A DNA stretch of 64,000 nt from Eledone cirrhosa (Eukaryota), in the NCBI GenBank assembly GCA_964016885.1, contig OZ024742.1, positions 321,222,001 through 321,286,000 of the forward strand, in the 5' to 3' direction. A program made the position numbers and the translations under genes. Shown here piece by piece: positions 1 to 13,353 of the stretch. The stretch's first letter is position 1, and the number at the start of each line of letters is the position of its first letter. Under the pieces are notes generated by a model. It did no database searches. It was given only the letters and a program-made list of their open reading frames with translations, and was not told the origin of the DNA.

Positions 1-34
1 ATATGTCTGTGTGTATATGTGTGTGTGTGGAGAA

Positions 35-610
35 TAAGATGGCTGCGTAGTTTCTAGTTAAGGTAGGCTTAAAAATAAGAATAAGAAGACAGCAAGAACG
101 GGGGGTCCTCATCGGTTGTCTACTGGGGGTCTCGGATATTTCAACGCTTTAAAGACAATATATCTTCCCCAGAGCGTTCAATAACTAGGTAAGTTATTGG
201 GAAAACGGAGGAGTGAGGGAAAGAAAATAGAAGGGAAAAGGGGAAAAAAGGGAAGAAAAGAGAAAAACACCGGAAAAAAATAACAAACCGGAGAATGTGC
301 GAGCAGCTTGAAGAAAGAAACTCCGAGTCCACATCGGTAGCTTAACATAAGTTCTAGAGCGTGTGGACGAACGAAAAGACGTGTCTGATCTCAATGAGAG
401 TAAGTGAGAAAAGAATTGTTAGGGGGTCAGGTGAGAGAAACAATGAGGTGGCTGGCAGAGAGAGGGTGAGTGAAAGTGAGAGGGAGAAATGGAGAGAAAG
501 AAAGAGGGGCAAGAGTAGATAGCAACGAAATAGGTAGGTAGAAAGAGCGAAACGACGGGTCACAGCGAAGATACGTGTACCGCCTAAGCGTAACTATCTG
601 GCAGGATCTG
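35..610 (-). mobile_element. Diverged non-coding repeat, homologous to the elements at 18060-18185 and 41059-41812 (probable PLE terminal region)
   Basis: Shares collinear blocks with 41059-41812: GCTGCGT.GTT, GTCCTCATC.G, ATTTCA.CGCTTTAAAGAC.ATATA and GACGGGTCACAGCG. Confidence 0.5.
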
Positions 611-1082
611 TGTGAGATAATAAGTGATGAAGCTACCCCTTTCAATTACAGGTATAGTCATTCTTGTAGTATTGTGTAAAATGATTGAGTATCCCATAGA
701 CAGCTGTACCCGTAACATAATTCCCAATCTGTATCAGCGTAATATTATGTGACAAAAGTAGACTTTTGAACCATAACATAAGTACAATCTAATTTTATTA
801 TGCTGTAAGTGCCTGAGTGTTCCACAGACGTGCATACTCTTAACATAATTCTCAAGCTTAGTCAGCGTAACACAAGTAGTTCGTGACAAGACTGGGTGTT
901 TGAATTACAAGTTTTTGACATACACATTTTGACATTCAAACAAGGATCGTGTTGAGCTGAGGATTTAAGAAATACACTTGCTCAAAATACTACACTGGGG
1001 GACAAACATGGGGCTCCATGAATGCGAAGCAAACTTCTTAACTACTCAGCAATCATTACATAGACAAATATACACGAGCACA

Positions 1083-1430
<348 letters not shown>

Positions 1431-1594
1431 TATATATATACTCGACGTCATGTTACTTCTTCAAAATAAAGATGACAGAGTATGATTAAAATGAGGAACT
1501 TCGCATTTTCCTCATTCTATATACATATACACAGACATATATATCGTTGTTGTTGGTACATTCGATCTACCGAACAGGGTGTTCATGAGATTAA

Positions 1595-1770
1595 CATTCA
1601 AGTGACTGAGAATTCCACGAACATGTGTACCCTTAACGCAGTCCACATGCAAATTCGGTGTGAAATAGTACGTAAAATATGATGTCTTGCTCAAGGACAC
1701 AACGCGTCGCCTATAATCGAACTCACATCCTTACGATCGTAAGCCGAATACCCTAAAGACTAAGCCAAGC
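1595..1770 (-). mobile_element. Old tRNA-headed SINE
   Basis: Minus strand reads GGCTTAGT...GAGTTCGATT (A/B-box-like) then TGTGTCCTTGAGCAAGACA; related decayed pieces at ~630-1040, 13830-13905, 23520-23690 and 51130-51220. Confidence 0.55.
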
Positions 1771-1808
1771 ACTTTAACTGTATATATATATGTGTGTGTG
1801 CCTGTGTA

Positions 1809-1847
<39 letters not shown>

Positions 1848-1873
1848 ATATATTTATTTATATATATATATAT

Positions 1874-2077
1874 AACGAAGGAAGGGTGGTAAGGAACCAG
1901 AAGGATCATAACGCACCAGAGTACTCAATACTTAGGGTAGTAGAGTGGGTAATAGGAAAATGTTCAAGACCCCGACGGCAGAACTCAAGCCGTTTCGACG
2001 GCTATTTCTGAACTAAAATTGTAGTTCAAAATTTTAGGCCAGAAATAGCCGTCGAAACGGCTTGAGCTCTGCCGTCG
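1874..2077 (-). mobile_element. PLE family A short head-to-head insertion
   Basis: Matches 1220-1430 and 13310-13446; the inverted arm stops 1 nt after the HHR GUC site. Confidence 0.85.
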
Positions 2078-2118
2078 TATATATATATATATATATATAT
2101 ATAATATGTATATATTAT

Positions 2119-2838
2119 ATATGAAAGACGTAAAATAAGAAAATTTTAAAATTAAAAATCAACTTACTTACTAAAATTTTCACTCCAACTAATTAGTTTC
2201 TGTAATGGGATAAATATAGTTACATAATATATATAACTATAGAGAATTCATTACGTCATCCGGGACTCTATTCTCAGCTAAGTTCCCAGGCAATGCGCGG
2301 ACACTAGGAACCCATATAAAAATAATAATTCAGCCAAAATTTACTGCTGTTTCATGGTAGTAGTAGGCTCTTGTCATAATACCACCCCGCTCCTAACTGA
2401 TTAACCTCGGTGTCACGTGATTGATTCTTTAGAATCTGCCACTGACCAGAGGCAGTGAAATTTTTTCAGTGCTCTGGAATTTAGTCCATGCTAGCTTCTT
2501 TCCATCTACTGAATTATTAATTTTTATATGGGTTCCTAGTGTCCGCGCATTGCCTGGGAACTTAGCTGAGAATAGACTCCCTGATGACGTAATGAATTCT
2601 CTATAGTTATATATATTATGTAACTATATTTATCCCATTACAGAAACTAATTAGTTGGAGTGAAAATTTCAGTAAGTAAGTTGATTTTTAATTTTTTTAA
2701 TTTTCTTATTTTACGTCTTTCATATAATTGTTCTGCATTCACCTACATAGAACCACATAGGTACTAAGACATAACTTATATATTTGCTAGCATGAGTGTA
2801 CATCTGTACACGTATGTTGGTAGATGTACTAATTCTCT
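2119..2838 (+). mobile_element. Fold-back element in (TA)n: arms 2119-2333 and 2509-2725 plus tail 2726-2838
   Basis: ~215-bp near-perfect inverted repeat; tail hairpin GTTC-TG...CA-TA-GAAC at 2730-2753. Confidence 0.8.
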
Positions 2839-2876
2839 ATATATTATATATATATATATATTATATATATATATTA

Positions 2877-2947
<71 letters not shown>

Positions 2948-2956
2948 TATATATAT

Positions 2957-3145
2957 AACGTAGGAGTTGTGGTAAGGAACCAGATGGACCATAACGCACC
3001 AGAGTACTCAATACTTAGGGTAGTAGAGTGGGTAGTAGGAGAAAGTATGACCCCGACGGCAGAGCTCAAGCCGTTTCGCCGGCTATTTCTGTCCAGAAAT
3101 AGCCGTCAAAGCGGCTTCGGCTCTGCCGTCGGGGTCATACTTTCT

Positions 3146-3149
<4 letters not shown>
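2957..3149 (-). mobile_element. PLE family A short head-to-head insertion
   Basis: Same tail start (AACG) and same arm end (TCCTA) as the other family A copies. Confidence 0.85.
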
Positions 3150-3822
<673 letters not shown>

Positions 3823-4064
3823 AAATGTAAGTATGTATGTATACGTACATACATATATGTATACAGACGTACAGTAGCATGCATATATATATATATATAT
3901 ACATACATACATACAGGTACACATACATATATGCACGCATCAGTTTAGCAGACGCTTATTATAGCGCTGCTTTGTTCGTTTGTCAACAAACTGAACAGCC
4001 TGAATTTATGCCATACGGTGTTAAGGCAACCACGTCACCTTTTTGTTCAACACTGACACAGGAA

Positions 4065-4105
4065 CGATGTACTAGTTTCAAGCTTGTTAGCTATCATCAG
4101 CACCG
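4065..4105 (-). ncRNA. Minimal type I hammerhead ribozyme (array unit 1)
   Basis: CGGUG-CUGAUGA-U-AGCU(AACA)AGCU-U-GAAA-CUAG-UA^CAUCG: full core, stems I and II, palindromic stem III ACUAGU. Confidence 0.85.
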
Positions 4106-4541
4106 TTTACCCATCTGCCAGATAGTTGAACGTTCGAAAGTATATACTTTCCTTATAAAAATTAACGGCTGAGCAGCCTAATTTGCATATTGAGTGAGTT
4201 AAATCGGTCAGGCATACCGAAAACGATAAGTTGAAAAAAATGAAAACGAAAAACGAAATTTCATTTCTCACTCTTAGTATGGCACTTACTTAAATGTAAG
4301 TATGTATGTATACGTACATACATATATGTATACAGACGTACAGTAGCATGCATATATATATATATATATATATACATACATACATACATGCAGGTACACA
4401 TACATATATGCACGCATCAGTTTAGCAGACGCTTATTATAGCGCTGCTTTGTTCGTTTGTCAACAAACTGAACAGCCTGAATTTATGCCATACGGTGTTA
4501 AGGCAACCACGTCACCTTTTTGTTCAACACTGACACAGGAA

Positions 4542-4582
4542 CGATGTACTAGTTTCAAGCTTGTTAGCTATCATCAGCACCG
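4542..4582 (-). ncRNA. Hammerhead ribozyme (unit 2)
   Basis: Identical to 4065-4105. Confidence 0.85.
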
Positions 4583-4828
4583 TTTACCCATCTGCCAGAT
4601 AGTTGAACGTTCGAAAGTATATACTTTCCTTATGAAAATTAACGGCTGAGCAGCCTAATTTGCATATTGAGTGAGTTAAATCGGTCAGGCATACCGAAAA
4701 CGATAAGTTGAAAAAAATGAAAACGAAAAACGAAATTTCATTTCTCACTCTTAGTATGGCACTTACTTAAATGTAAGTATGTATGTATACGTACATACAT
4801 ATATGTATACAGACGTACAGTAGCATGC

Positions 4829-4859
<31 letters not shown>

Positions 4860-5018
4860 CATACATGCAGGTACACATACATATATGCACGCATCAGTTT
4901 AGCAGACGCTTATTATAGCGCTGCTTTGTTCGTTTGTCAACAAACTGAACAGCCTGAATTTATGCCATACGGTGTTAAGGCAACCACGTCACCTTTTTGT
5001 TCAACACTGACACAGGAA

Positions 5019-5059
5019 CGATGTACTAGTTTCAAGCTTGTTAGCTATCATCAGCACCG
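5019..5059 (-). ncRNA. Hammerhead ribozyme (unit 3)
   Basis: Identical to 4065-4105. Confidence 0.85.
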
Positions 5060-5305
5060 TTTACCCATCTGCCAGATAGTTGAACTTTCGAAAGTATATA
5101 CTTTCCTTATGAAAATTAACGGCTGAGCAGCCTAATTTGCATATTGAGTGAGTTAAATCGGCCAGGCATACCGAAAACGATAAGTTGAAAAAAATGAAAA
5201 CGAAAAACGAAATTTCATTTCTCACTCTTAGTATGGCACTTACTTAAATGTAAGTATGTATGTATACGTACATACATATATGTATACAGACGTACAGTAG
5301 CATGC

Positions 5306-5336
<31 letters not shown>

Positions 5337-5495
5337 CATACATGCAGGTACACATACATATATGCACGCATCAGTTTAGCAGACGCTTATTATAGCGCTG
5401 CTTTGTTCGTTTGTCAACAAACTGAACAGCCTGAATTTATGCCATACGGTGTTAAGGCAACCACGTCACCTTTTTGTTCAACACTGACACAGGAA

Positions 5496-5536
5496 CGATG
5501 TACTAGTTTCAAGCTTGTTAGCTATCATCAGCACCG
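5496..5536 (-). ncRNA. Hammerhead ribozyme (unit 4)
   Basis: Identical to 4065-4105. Confidence 0.85.
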
Positions 5537-5979
5537 TTTACCCATCTGCCAGATAGTTGAACGTTCGAAAGTATATACTTTCCTTATGAAAATTAACGGC
5601 TGAGCAGCCTAATTTGCATATTGAGTGAGTTAAATCGGTCAGGCATACCGAAAACGATAAACGATAAGTTGAAAAAAATGAAAACGAAAAACGAAATTTC
5701 ATTTCTCACTCTTAGTATGGCACTTACTTAAATGTAAGTATGTATGTATACGTACATACATATATGTATACAGACGTACAGTAGCATGCATATATATATA
5801 TATATATATATACATACATACATACATGCAGGTACACATACATATATGCACGCATCAGTTTAGCAGACGCTTATTATAGCGCTGCTTTGTTCGTTTGTCA
5901 ACAAACTGAACAGCCTGAATTTATGCCATACGGTGTTAAGGCAACCACGTCACCTTTTTGTTCAACACTGACACAGGAA

Positions 5980-6020
5980 CGATGTACTAGTTTCAAGCTT
6001 GTTAGCTATCATCAGCACCG
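5980..6020 (-). ncRNA. Hammerhead ribozyme (unit 5)
   Basis: Identical to 4065-4105. Confidence 0.85.
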
Positions 6021-6452
6021 TTTACCCATCTGCCAGATAGTTGAACGTTCGAAAGTATATACTTTCCTTATGAAAATTAACGGCTGAGCAGCCTAATTTG
6101 CATATTGAGTGAGTTAAATCGGTCAGGCATACCGAAAACGATAAGTTGAAAAAAATGAAAACGAAAAACGAAATTTCATTTCTCACTCTTAGTATGGCAC
6201 TTACTTAAATGTAAGTATGTATGTATACGTACATACATATATGTATACAGACGTACAGTAGCATGCATATATATATATATATATATATACATACATACAT
6301 GCAGGTACACATACATATATGCACGCATCAGTTTAGCAGACGCTTATTATAGCGCTGCTTTGTTCGTTTGTCAACAAACTGAACAGCCTGAATGTATGCC
6401 ATACGGTGTTAAGGCAACCACGTCACCTTTTTGTTCAACACTGACACAGGAA

Positions 6453-6493
6453 CGATGTACTAGTTTCAAGCTTGTTAGCTATCATCAGCACCG
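6453..6493 (-). ncRNA. Hammerhead ribozyme (unit 6)
   Basis: Identical to 4065-4105. Confidence 0.85.
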
Positions 6494-6924
6494 TTTACCC
6501 ATCTGCCAGATAGTTGAACGTTCGAAGTATATACTTTCCTTATGAAAATTAACGGCTGAGCAGCCTAATTTGCATATTGAGTGAGTTAAATCGGCCAGGC
6601 ATACCGAAAACGATAAGTTGAAAAAAATGAAAACGAAAAACGAAATTTCATTTCTCACTCTTAGTATGGCACTTACTTAAATGTAAATATGTATGTATAC
6701 GTACATACATATATGTATACAGACGTACAGTAGCATGCATATATATATATATATATATATACATACATACATGCAGGTACACATACATATATGCACGCAT
6801 CAGTTTAGCAGACGCTTATTATAGCGCTGCTTTGTTCGTTTGTCAACAAACTGAACAGCCTGAATTTATGCCATACGGTGTTAAGGCAACCACGTCACCT
6901 TTTTGTTCAACACTGACACAGGAA

Positions 6925-6965
6925 CGATGTACTAGTTTCAAGCTTGTTAGCTATCATCAGCACCG
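6925..6965 (-). ncRNA. Hammerhead ribozyme (unit 7)
   Basis: Identical to 4065-4105. Confidence 0.85.
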
Positions 6966-7208
6966 TTTACCCATCTGCCAGATAGTTGAACGTTCGAAAG
7001 TATATACTTTCCTTATGAAAATTAACGGCTGAGCAGCCTAATTTGCATATTGAGTGAGTTAAATCGGTCAGGCATACCGAAAACGATAAGTTGAAAAAAA
7101 TGAAAACGAAAAACGAAATTTCATTTCTCACTCTTAGTATGGCACTTACTTAAATGTAAGTATGTATGTATACGTACATACATATATGTATACAGACGTA
7201 CAGTAGCA

Positions 7209-7262
<54 letters not shown>

Positions 7263-7447
7263 CATACATGCAGGTACACATACATATATGCACGCATCAG
7301 TTTAGCAGACGCTTATTATAGCGCTGCCTTAACACCGTATGGCATAAATTCAGGCTGTTCAGTTTGTTGACAAACGAACAAAGCAGCGCTATAATAAGCG
7401 TCTGCTAAATTGATGCGTGCATATATGTATGTGTACCTGCATGTATG

Positions 7448-7491
<44 letters not shown>

Positions 7492-7614
7492 TGCTACTGT
7501 ACGTCTGTATACATATATGTATGTACGTATACATACATACTTACATTTAAGTAAGTGCCATACTAAGAGTGAGAAATGAAATTTCGTTTTTCGTTTTCAT
7601 TTTTTTCAACTTAT

Positions 7615-8320
<706 letters not shown>

Positions 8321-8589
8321 ATAAATGGAAAAGAATGAAATGAAATTTCATTTCTCACTACTAGTACGGCTGATACTTAAATATAAGTATGTATACGTAC
8401 ATACATATATGTATACAGACGTACAGTAGTATGTATATAAACACATACATGCACACATATATATATGTACGTATGGGTTTACTGAACATTTATTATAATG
8501 TTCGGTTTGATTGTAAACAAACAGCCCGAATTAAGCCATACAGTGTTCGGCAACTATCGTCGCCCATTTGTTCAACACTGACAAAGGAA

Positions 8590-8630
8590 CGATGAACTAG
8601 TTTCAAGCTCATTAGCTATCGTCAGCATCG
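8590..8630 (-). ncRNA. Hammerhead ribozyme
   Basis: CGAUG-CUGACGA-UAGCU(AAUG)AGCUU-GAAACUAGUU^CAUCG; differs from the array HHR only at N7, the loop, H17 and a G-U to A-U pair in stem I. Confidence 0.85.
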
Positions 8631-8949
8631 CATACCTTCGTGTCAGATGATTGAAAGTTTGAAAGTATATACTTTCTTTATGCATATTAACGGCCGAGCA
8701 GGCTAATTTGCATATCGAGTGAGTTAGTCTGCCGGGCATACCGAAAACAATAAATGGAAAAGAATGAAATAAAATTTCATTTCTCACTCTTAGTAGGGCT
8801 GATACTTAAATGTAGCATTCTTTTCCATTCATCGTTTTCGGTGCGGCCGGCCGACTAACTCACTCGATATGCAAATTAGGCTTTCAGCCGTTAATATGCA
8901 TAAGGAAGTATATACTTTCAAACGTTCAATCATCTGACAGGAAGGTATA

Positions 8950-8990
8950 CGATGCTGACGATAGCTAATAAGCTTGAAACTACTTCATCG
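8950..8990 (+). ncRNA. Hammerhead ribozyme (one stem III mutation)
   Basis: CGATG-CTGACGA-TAGCTAATAAGCTT-GAAACTACTT-CATCG. Confidence 0.65.
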
Positions 8991-9250
8991 TTCCTTTGCC
9001 AGTGTTGAACAAAAGGGCGACGATAGTTGCCGAACACTGTATGGCTTAATTCGATCGGTTTGTTTACAAACAAACCGAACATTATAATAAATTTTCGGTA
9101 AACCCATACGTACATATATATATGTGTGCATGTATGTGTTTATATACATACTACTGTACGTCTGTATACATATATGTATGTACGTGTACATACTTACATA
9201 TATATAAATATATATATTTTTTCATTTATGTATGTATGCATTTATGTATG

Positions 9251-9284
<34 letters not shown>

Positions 9285-9632
9285 GACATGTCTCTCTTTC
9301 TTTCTCTCTGCGTATCTATGTGCCGCTGCCACCACACACCACTCCCTCTTACACCTATTGTTTACTTAACAATAGGTGACAGCTCTGAATAAAAATAAAA
9401 AAACACTACTAATGAAATACAATGAAGAAATACATGGTGTTTTAGAAAGATGAGACGGGGTGTGGGCTATGTCCCTTCCCCTGCTCTTCTTCCAGCTCAA
9501 CCCACACCTGTTCCCTTATCTTAGCTGCCTTTAATTCTTCGTCTCCGTCCTTTATCTCCCCTCACCCATCTCCTCATTTCTTTTATCAGTCTTAGTTATC
9601 TACTTCATTTCATCCTCATTTATTATTAAAGT

Positions 9633-9850
9633 GCGACGGATTGGTAGTATCGGCAGAGCATCGGACACTATGTTTTGCGGCATTGAGTTATGGCCCTTTG
9701 CGTTCTGAGTTCAAATCCTGCCGATGTTAGCTTTGCCTTTCATCCTTATGGGGTCGATAAAATAAAGTATCAGTTATGCACTGGGGTCGATTTAATCGAC
9801 TTTCCCCGTCTCCCAAAATTGCTGGCCTTGTGCCTATAGTAGAAATCATT
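9633..9850 (+). mobile_element. tRNA-derived SINE (octopod-type), followed by an older copy to ~10075
   Basis: A-box-like TGGTAGTATCGG, B-box GAGTTCAAATCC, core CTTTGCCTTTCATCCTTA.GGGGTCGATAAAATAAAGTA.CAG. Confidence 0.85.
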
Positions 9851-10172
9851 AAAAGTGGTAAATTGGCAGAATCGTCAGAGAGCGTCGAACAAAATTCTTT
9901 ATGGTATTTTCTTACGGCTCTTTGCCGAGAGTTCTAATACGCCGAAGTGAACTTTATCTTTTCTCCTTCCGGAGCCAATAAAATATAGTACCTGTTAACT
10001 ACTAGGGTTGATATAATCAATTTCCCCGACCTTCAAATTGCTGATCTTGTGTCAATGTTAAAAGCAATTATTATTGTTGTTGTCTCTTTCTCTAGTCTAA
10101 CTTTCTATCTCTTTCTAACTAAATCCACCCCACTCATTCTCTCCCTCTCTCTTTGCATATGTCTTTCTTGAT

Positions 10173-10405
<233 letters not shown>

Positions 10406-10599
10406 GATGATATGAACTTTCGAACGCTTCAAAGAAGAATTTCTCTCCTGAATTCTTTCACGCAGGTAATGTCCGTCAAACATAGTCATATACACCAGAT
10501 CCGAACACAAAGGAACCAAACTTACACTGCCACTGTCACTGCTTCTGTCTCTCCCGCTCTCCCCATCTGTCACTATTATGAGTAAATGGGGGCCCAAGC

Positions 10600-10865
10600 G
10601 CTGGTTTCCCGGCGGAAGGTGAGGGAAACGCGCTGGAAATGCCATTCCAGCTCGCGAGAATTACCTCTGAGGATAAGCAGCTCTGTGTCGATGGTGGTGA
10701 GTAGAGTGGTGGCTCTAAGCCCAAGGACACCTGAAGTCTCCACTGTTACGGGTTCAACCGCAAACCTGTCGGAGAGCGACCGATATTTGAAAAGTTTACT
10801 CCCCTCAACCCGAAGTGCAGTAGAGCCTGGGTTAGTTGCAGACTGCATCAGATTGCCGCTGAAGA
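10600..10865 (-). pseudogene. C-terminal restriction-like endonuclease region of a CRE-like non-LTR retrotransposon (fragment)
   Basis: Translation ...PGSTALRVEGSKLFKYRSLSDRFAVEPVTVETSGVLG...ELEWHFQRVSL resembles the AE..K..KY..L / P.AVET.G..G / QR.S.A..RGN motifs of CRE/RLE elements; second copy at 55130-55340. Confidence 0.7.
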
Positions 10866-11731
10866 GGACGGAAATAAGATGTGTATGTTGTGAAATGGGA
10901 AAATAAGTAGAGTGTCTGATTGTTTAAGATCTTGCGATATGTACCTATTTACTTATTTACTCCCACCTGGGCGATCTGAGTTCGAAATCCACTGTTTTCG
11001 AATTTCTCTTTCATGCTTTCTAGGTCAATAATATAGAAAATATCCGACATAAGATGTGTGGTTAAGAAGTTCGCTCAGCAGTTACATGGTTTCGGGACTA
11101 GTTACAATGTGTGGGCACCGTGGGAAAGTGTGTTCTAAAATAGCCTCGGGTTTAACAATGTACTAATGCACTGGGGGAAATTTAGCATACGGACATTATA
11201 CGGAATCCCATCGCGATCATATATATATAGGAACGAGTAGGACCCCGACGGCTGAGCTCAAGCCGTTTCGACGGCTAATTCTGGACTAAATGAAAATTTT
11301 TATCCTGGTATTTGATTAGCCGAGCTACTCAAGGGGTAATTCCATATATGGTCAAAGTGATTGTCACAAGGATTAGTCAAAAGTTTGTTGTTGAGACATA
11401 ATAATTCTATGATGGCAATTTGTGGAGGGAAGGGGTAGCTAAACCTGCCAGTCGGAGAAAGAGGGAGAGGGGGTGGAGGAGACCCATTCATGCGTTGATA
11501 GTGTCGGCTACAGCTGGGCATGAGGTCAAAGAAGATACTAGGGAAGTGGGAGGGGGAGGAAGTCGAAACAATAAGTAGAACAATAAAGGGTAAATATATA
11601 GAAAAATACTGAGTGTTAAAAAGCAATTAAATGTAAAAAAAAAAAAATAAGCAATTTCTGTTTACTACGGCCTAAGTCTCTCACTGGTACTGCTAGGCTA
11701 AAAGAATATACTAGGTGGGACGGAATTATAT

Positions 11732-12157
11732 ATTTGCCCCCTCGACAACAGATGCCGAGATCGTAATGTGATCTACCAGTGCAACGTGAGGACGGACACC
11801 TCCAACAAAGCTTATATAGGATTAACTGCATGTGACTTCAATACCCGGCTATACCAACACAGACATACCTTCCGAAACCCGGCCCGACGTCACGCCACTA
11901 CACTTTCGGGCCACATATGGGACCTCAAGGATAACAACATTACCTATGATATCACTTGGAGCTTACTGTCCAGAGCGAACTCTTACACGGGAGGACGCCG
12001 TCCGTGCAATTTATGCTCGGAGGAAACTTTACAAATGCTGTTTTCGACGGACCAACTCCTAAACAAGAAAGATGAACTGGTTACTGCATGTAAACACAGA
12101 TTGCGTAGGACTTACCTCGCCCTCAAACCCCATAATGACCCGGGGGGTGGGGGGTAA
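11732..12157 (+). pseudogene. PLE GIY-YIG endonuclease C-terminal fragment
   Basis: ICPLDNRCRDRN-VIYQCNV...AYIGLT...RLYQH...TTLSGHIWDLK...CNLCSEE...LLNKKDE...CKH. Confidence 0.9.
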
Positions 12158-13257
12158 ACTAGGGCTATAACACCCCACTTGCCGATTTTGTAATGGGTAA
12201 CCCCTGCTTGCTAAGGTAGACGTAAGATCTTCTTTTATATCTTTTTATCGCTTCCTCTATATTTCCTTCTTCCCCCCATCCCTCCCTAGTCCTTCCACCC
12301 CAGTTCTCTTTCTTCGTCGTCATCTTTTTCTCGCCCACCCGAGGCAGCCCCTCGGTCCTTTGTAGCCTCAGTACCCCCACCCCTTCCCCTATTCTATGAT
12401 AGATTTGGCCGACTCCGATTTTTATAGCAGATGTGTTAGACCCCGGATACTTGCCCTCTTATCCGACCGCTGCCCCTTTTCCGTGCTTTCTATATTTCTT
12501 AGTGGTATCTTTGCTTTAATTTCTCGCTTATCAGTATTTTTTTTTGGGGGGGGGGGGGTTCTGAATTAATCTTCCGTATCAAATTTTACATTTACTTCGT
12601 ACGAGCTTTTATGTAGCTTGCACTAGAACTTTTGTATCGTGGCGGCACCCTTATAGATAGTATTAGTATTCTTTTTCGGGACTCTGAATTATTATTTCGT
12701 ATTAGTTTATTTTTTGCACTGGGTGGTTGCTGGCCTTGTGCCTGGGTTAGAAACCTTTATTTATTATTTCGTGGTAGTTTCTTTAGTATTTTGGCCCCCC
12801 ACTTGTTGATCCGTCACCGTAAGATGTACTCGGTTTATTACTTATACCTCTTAATAGGGTCTCATTATAATTCCGTCCCACCTAGTATATTTTTTTAGCC
12901 TAGCAGTACCAGTGAGAGACTTAGGTCGTAGTAACCAGAAATTGTTTTTGTTTTTTTTTACATTTAATTGCTTTTTAACACTCTCAGTATTTTTCTATAT
13001 ATTTACCCCTTATTGTTCTACTTATTGTTTCGACTTCCTCCCCCTCCCCCTTCCCTAGTATCTTCTTTGACCTCATTCCCAGCTGTAGTCGGCACTATCA
13101 ACGCATGAATGGGTCTCCTCCACCCCTCTCCCTCTTTCTCCTACTGGCAGGTTTAGCTACCCCTTCCCTCCACAAATTGCCATCATAGAATTATTATGTC
13201 TCAACAACAAACTTTTGACCAATCCTTGTGACAATCACTTTGACCATATATGGAATT

Positions 13258-13353
13258 ACCCTTTGAGAAGCTTGGCTATTCAAATAACAGGATAAAAATT
13301 TTCATTTAGTCCAGAATTAGCCGTCGAAACGGCTTGAGCTCAGCCGTCGGGGT
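13258..13353 (+). ncRNA. Variant hammerhead (U3-A8 core, long stem II insert); mirror copy 11242-11337(-)
   Basis: ACCCU-UUGAGAA-G..UGGCUAUU...AUUAGCCG.C-GAAA-CGGCU(UGAGCUC)AGCCG-UC^GGGGU. Confidence 0.55.

Larger units (their letters stand above)
3823..7614 (-). mobile_element. Tandem array of 7 full and 1 partial ~470-484-bp non-coding units, each full unit with a hammerhead ribozyme (retrozyme-like / non-autonomous PLE); ends in an inverted arm 7325-7614
   Basis: Near-identical units; HHRs at 4065, 4542, 5019, 5496, 5980, 6453 and 6925; inversion junction with TGC microhomology at 7325-7327; TA on both flanks. Confidence 0.9.
8321..9199. mobile_element. Diverged subfamily of the HHR tandem unit, head-to-head (8321-8813 minus, 8817-9199 plus)
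   Basis: Collinear homology to the 477-bp unit; HHRs at 8590-8630(-) and 8950-8990(+). Confidence 0.85.

Noticed and set aside
2581-2610. CTGATGA as a hammerhead core
   Set aside because: No stem II or GAAA follows
4449-7032. Repeated 66-aa [12 protein letters not shown]... in each array unit
   Set aside because: Starts at TTG, is antisense to the ribozyme, is frameshifted in unit 6 and is not preserved in the diverged subfamilies
3823-7327. CRISPR-like or tandem gene array
   Set aside because: No unique spacers or cas genes; eukaryotic context; no rRNA/snRNA similarity recognised
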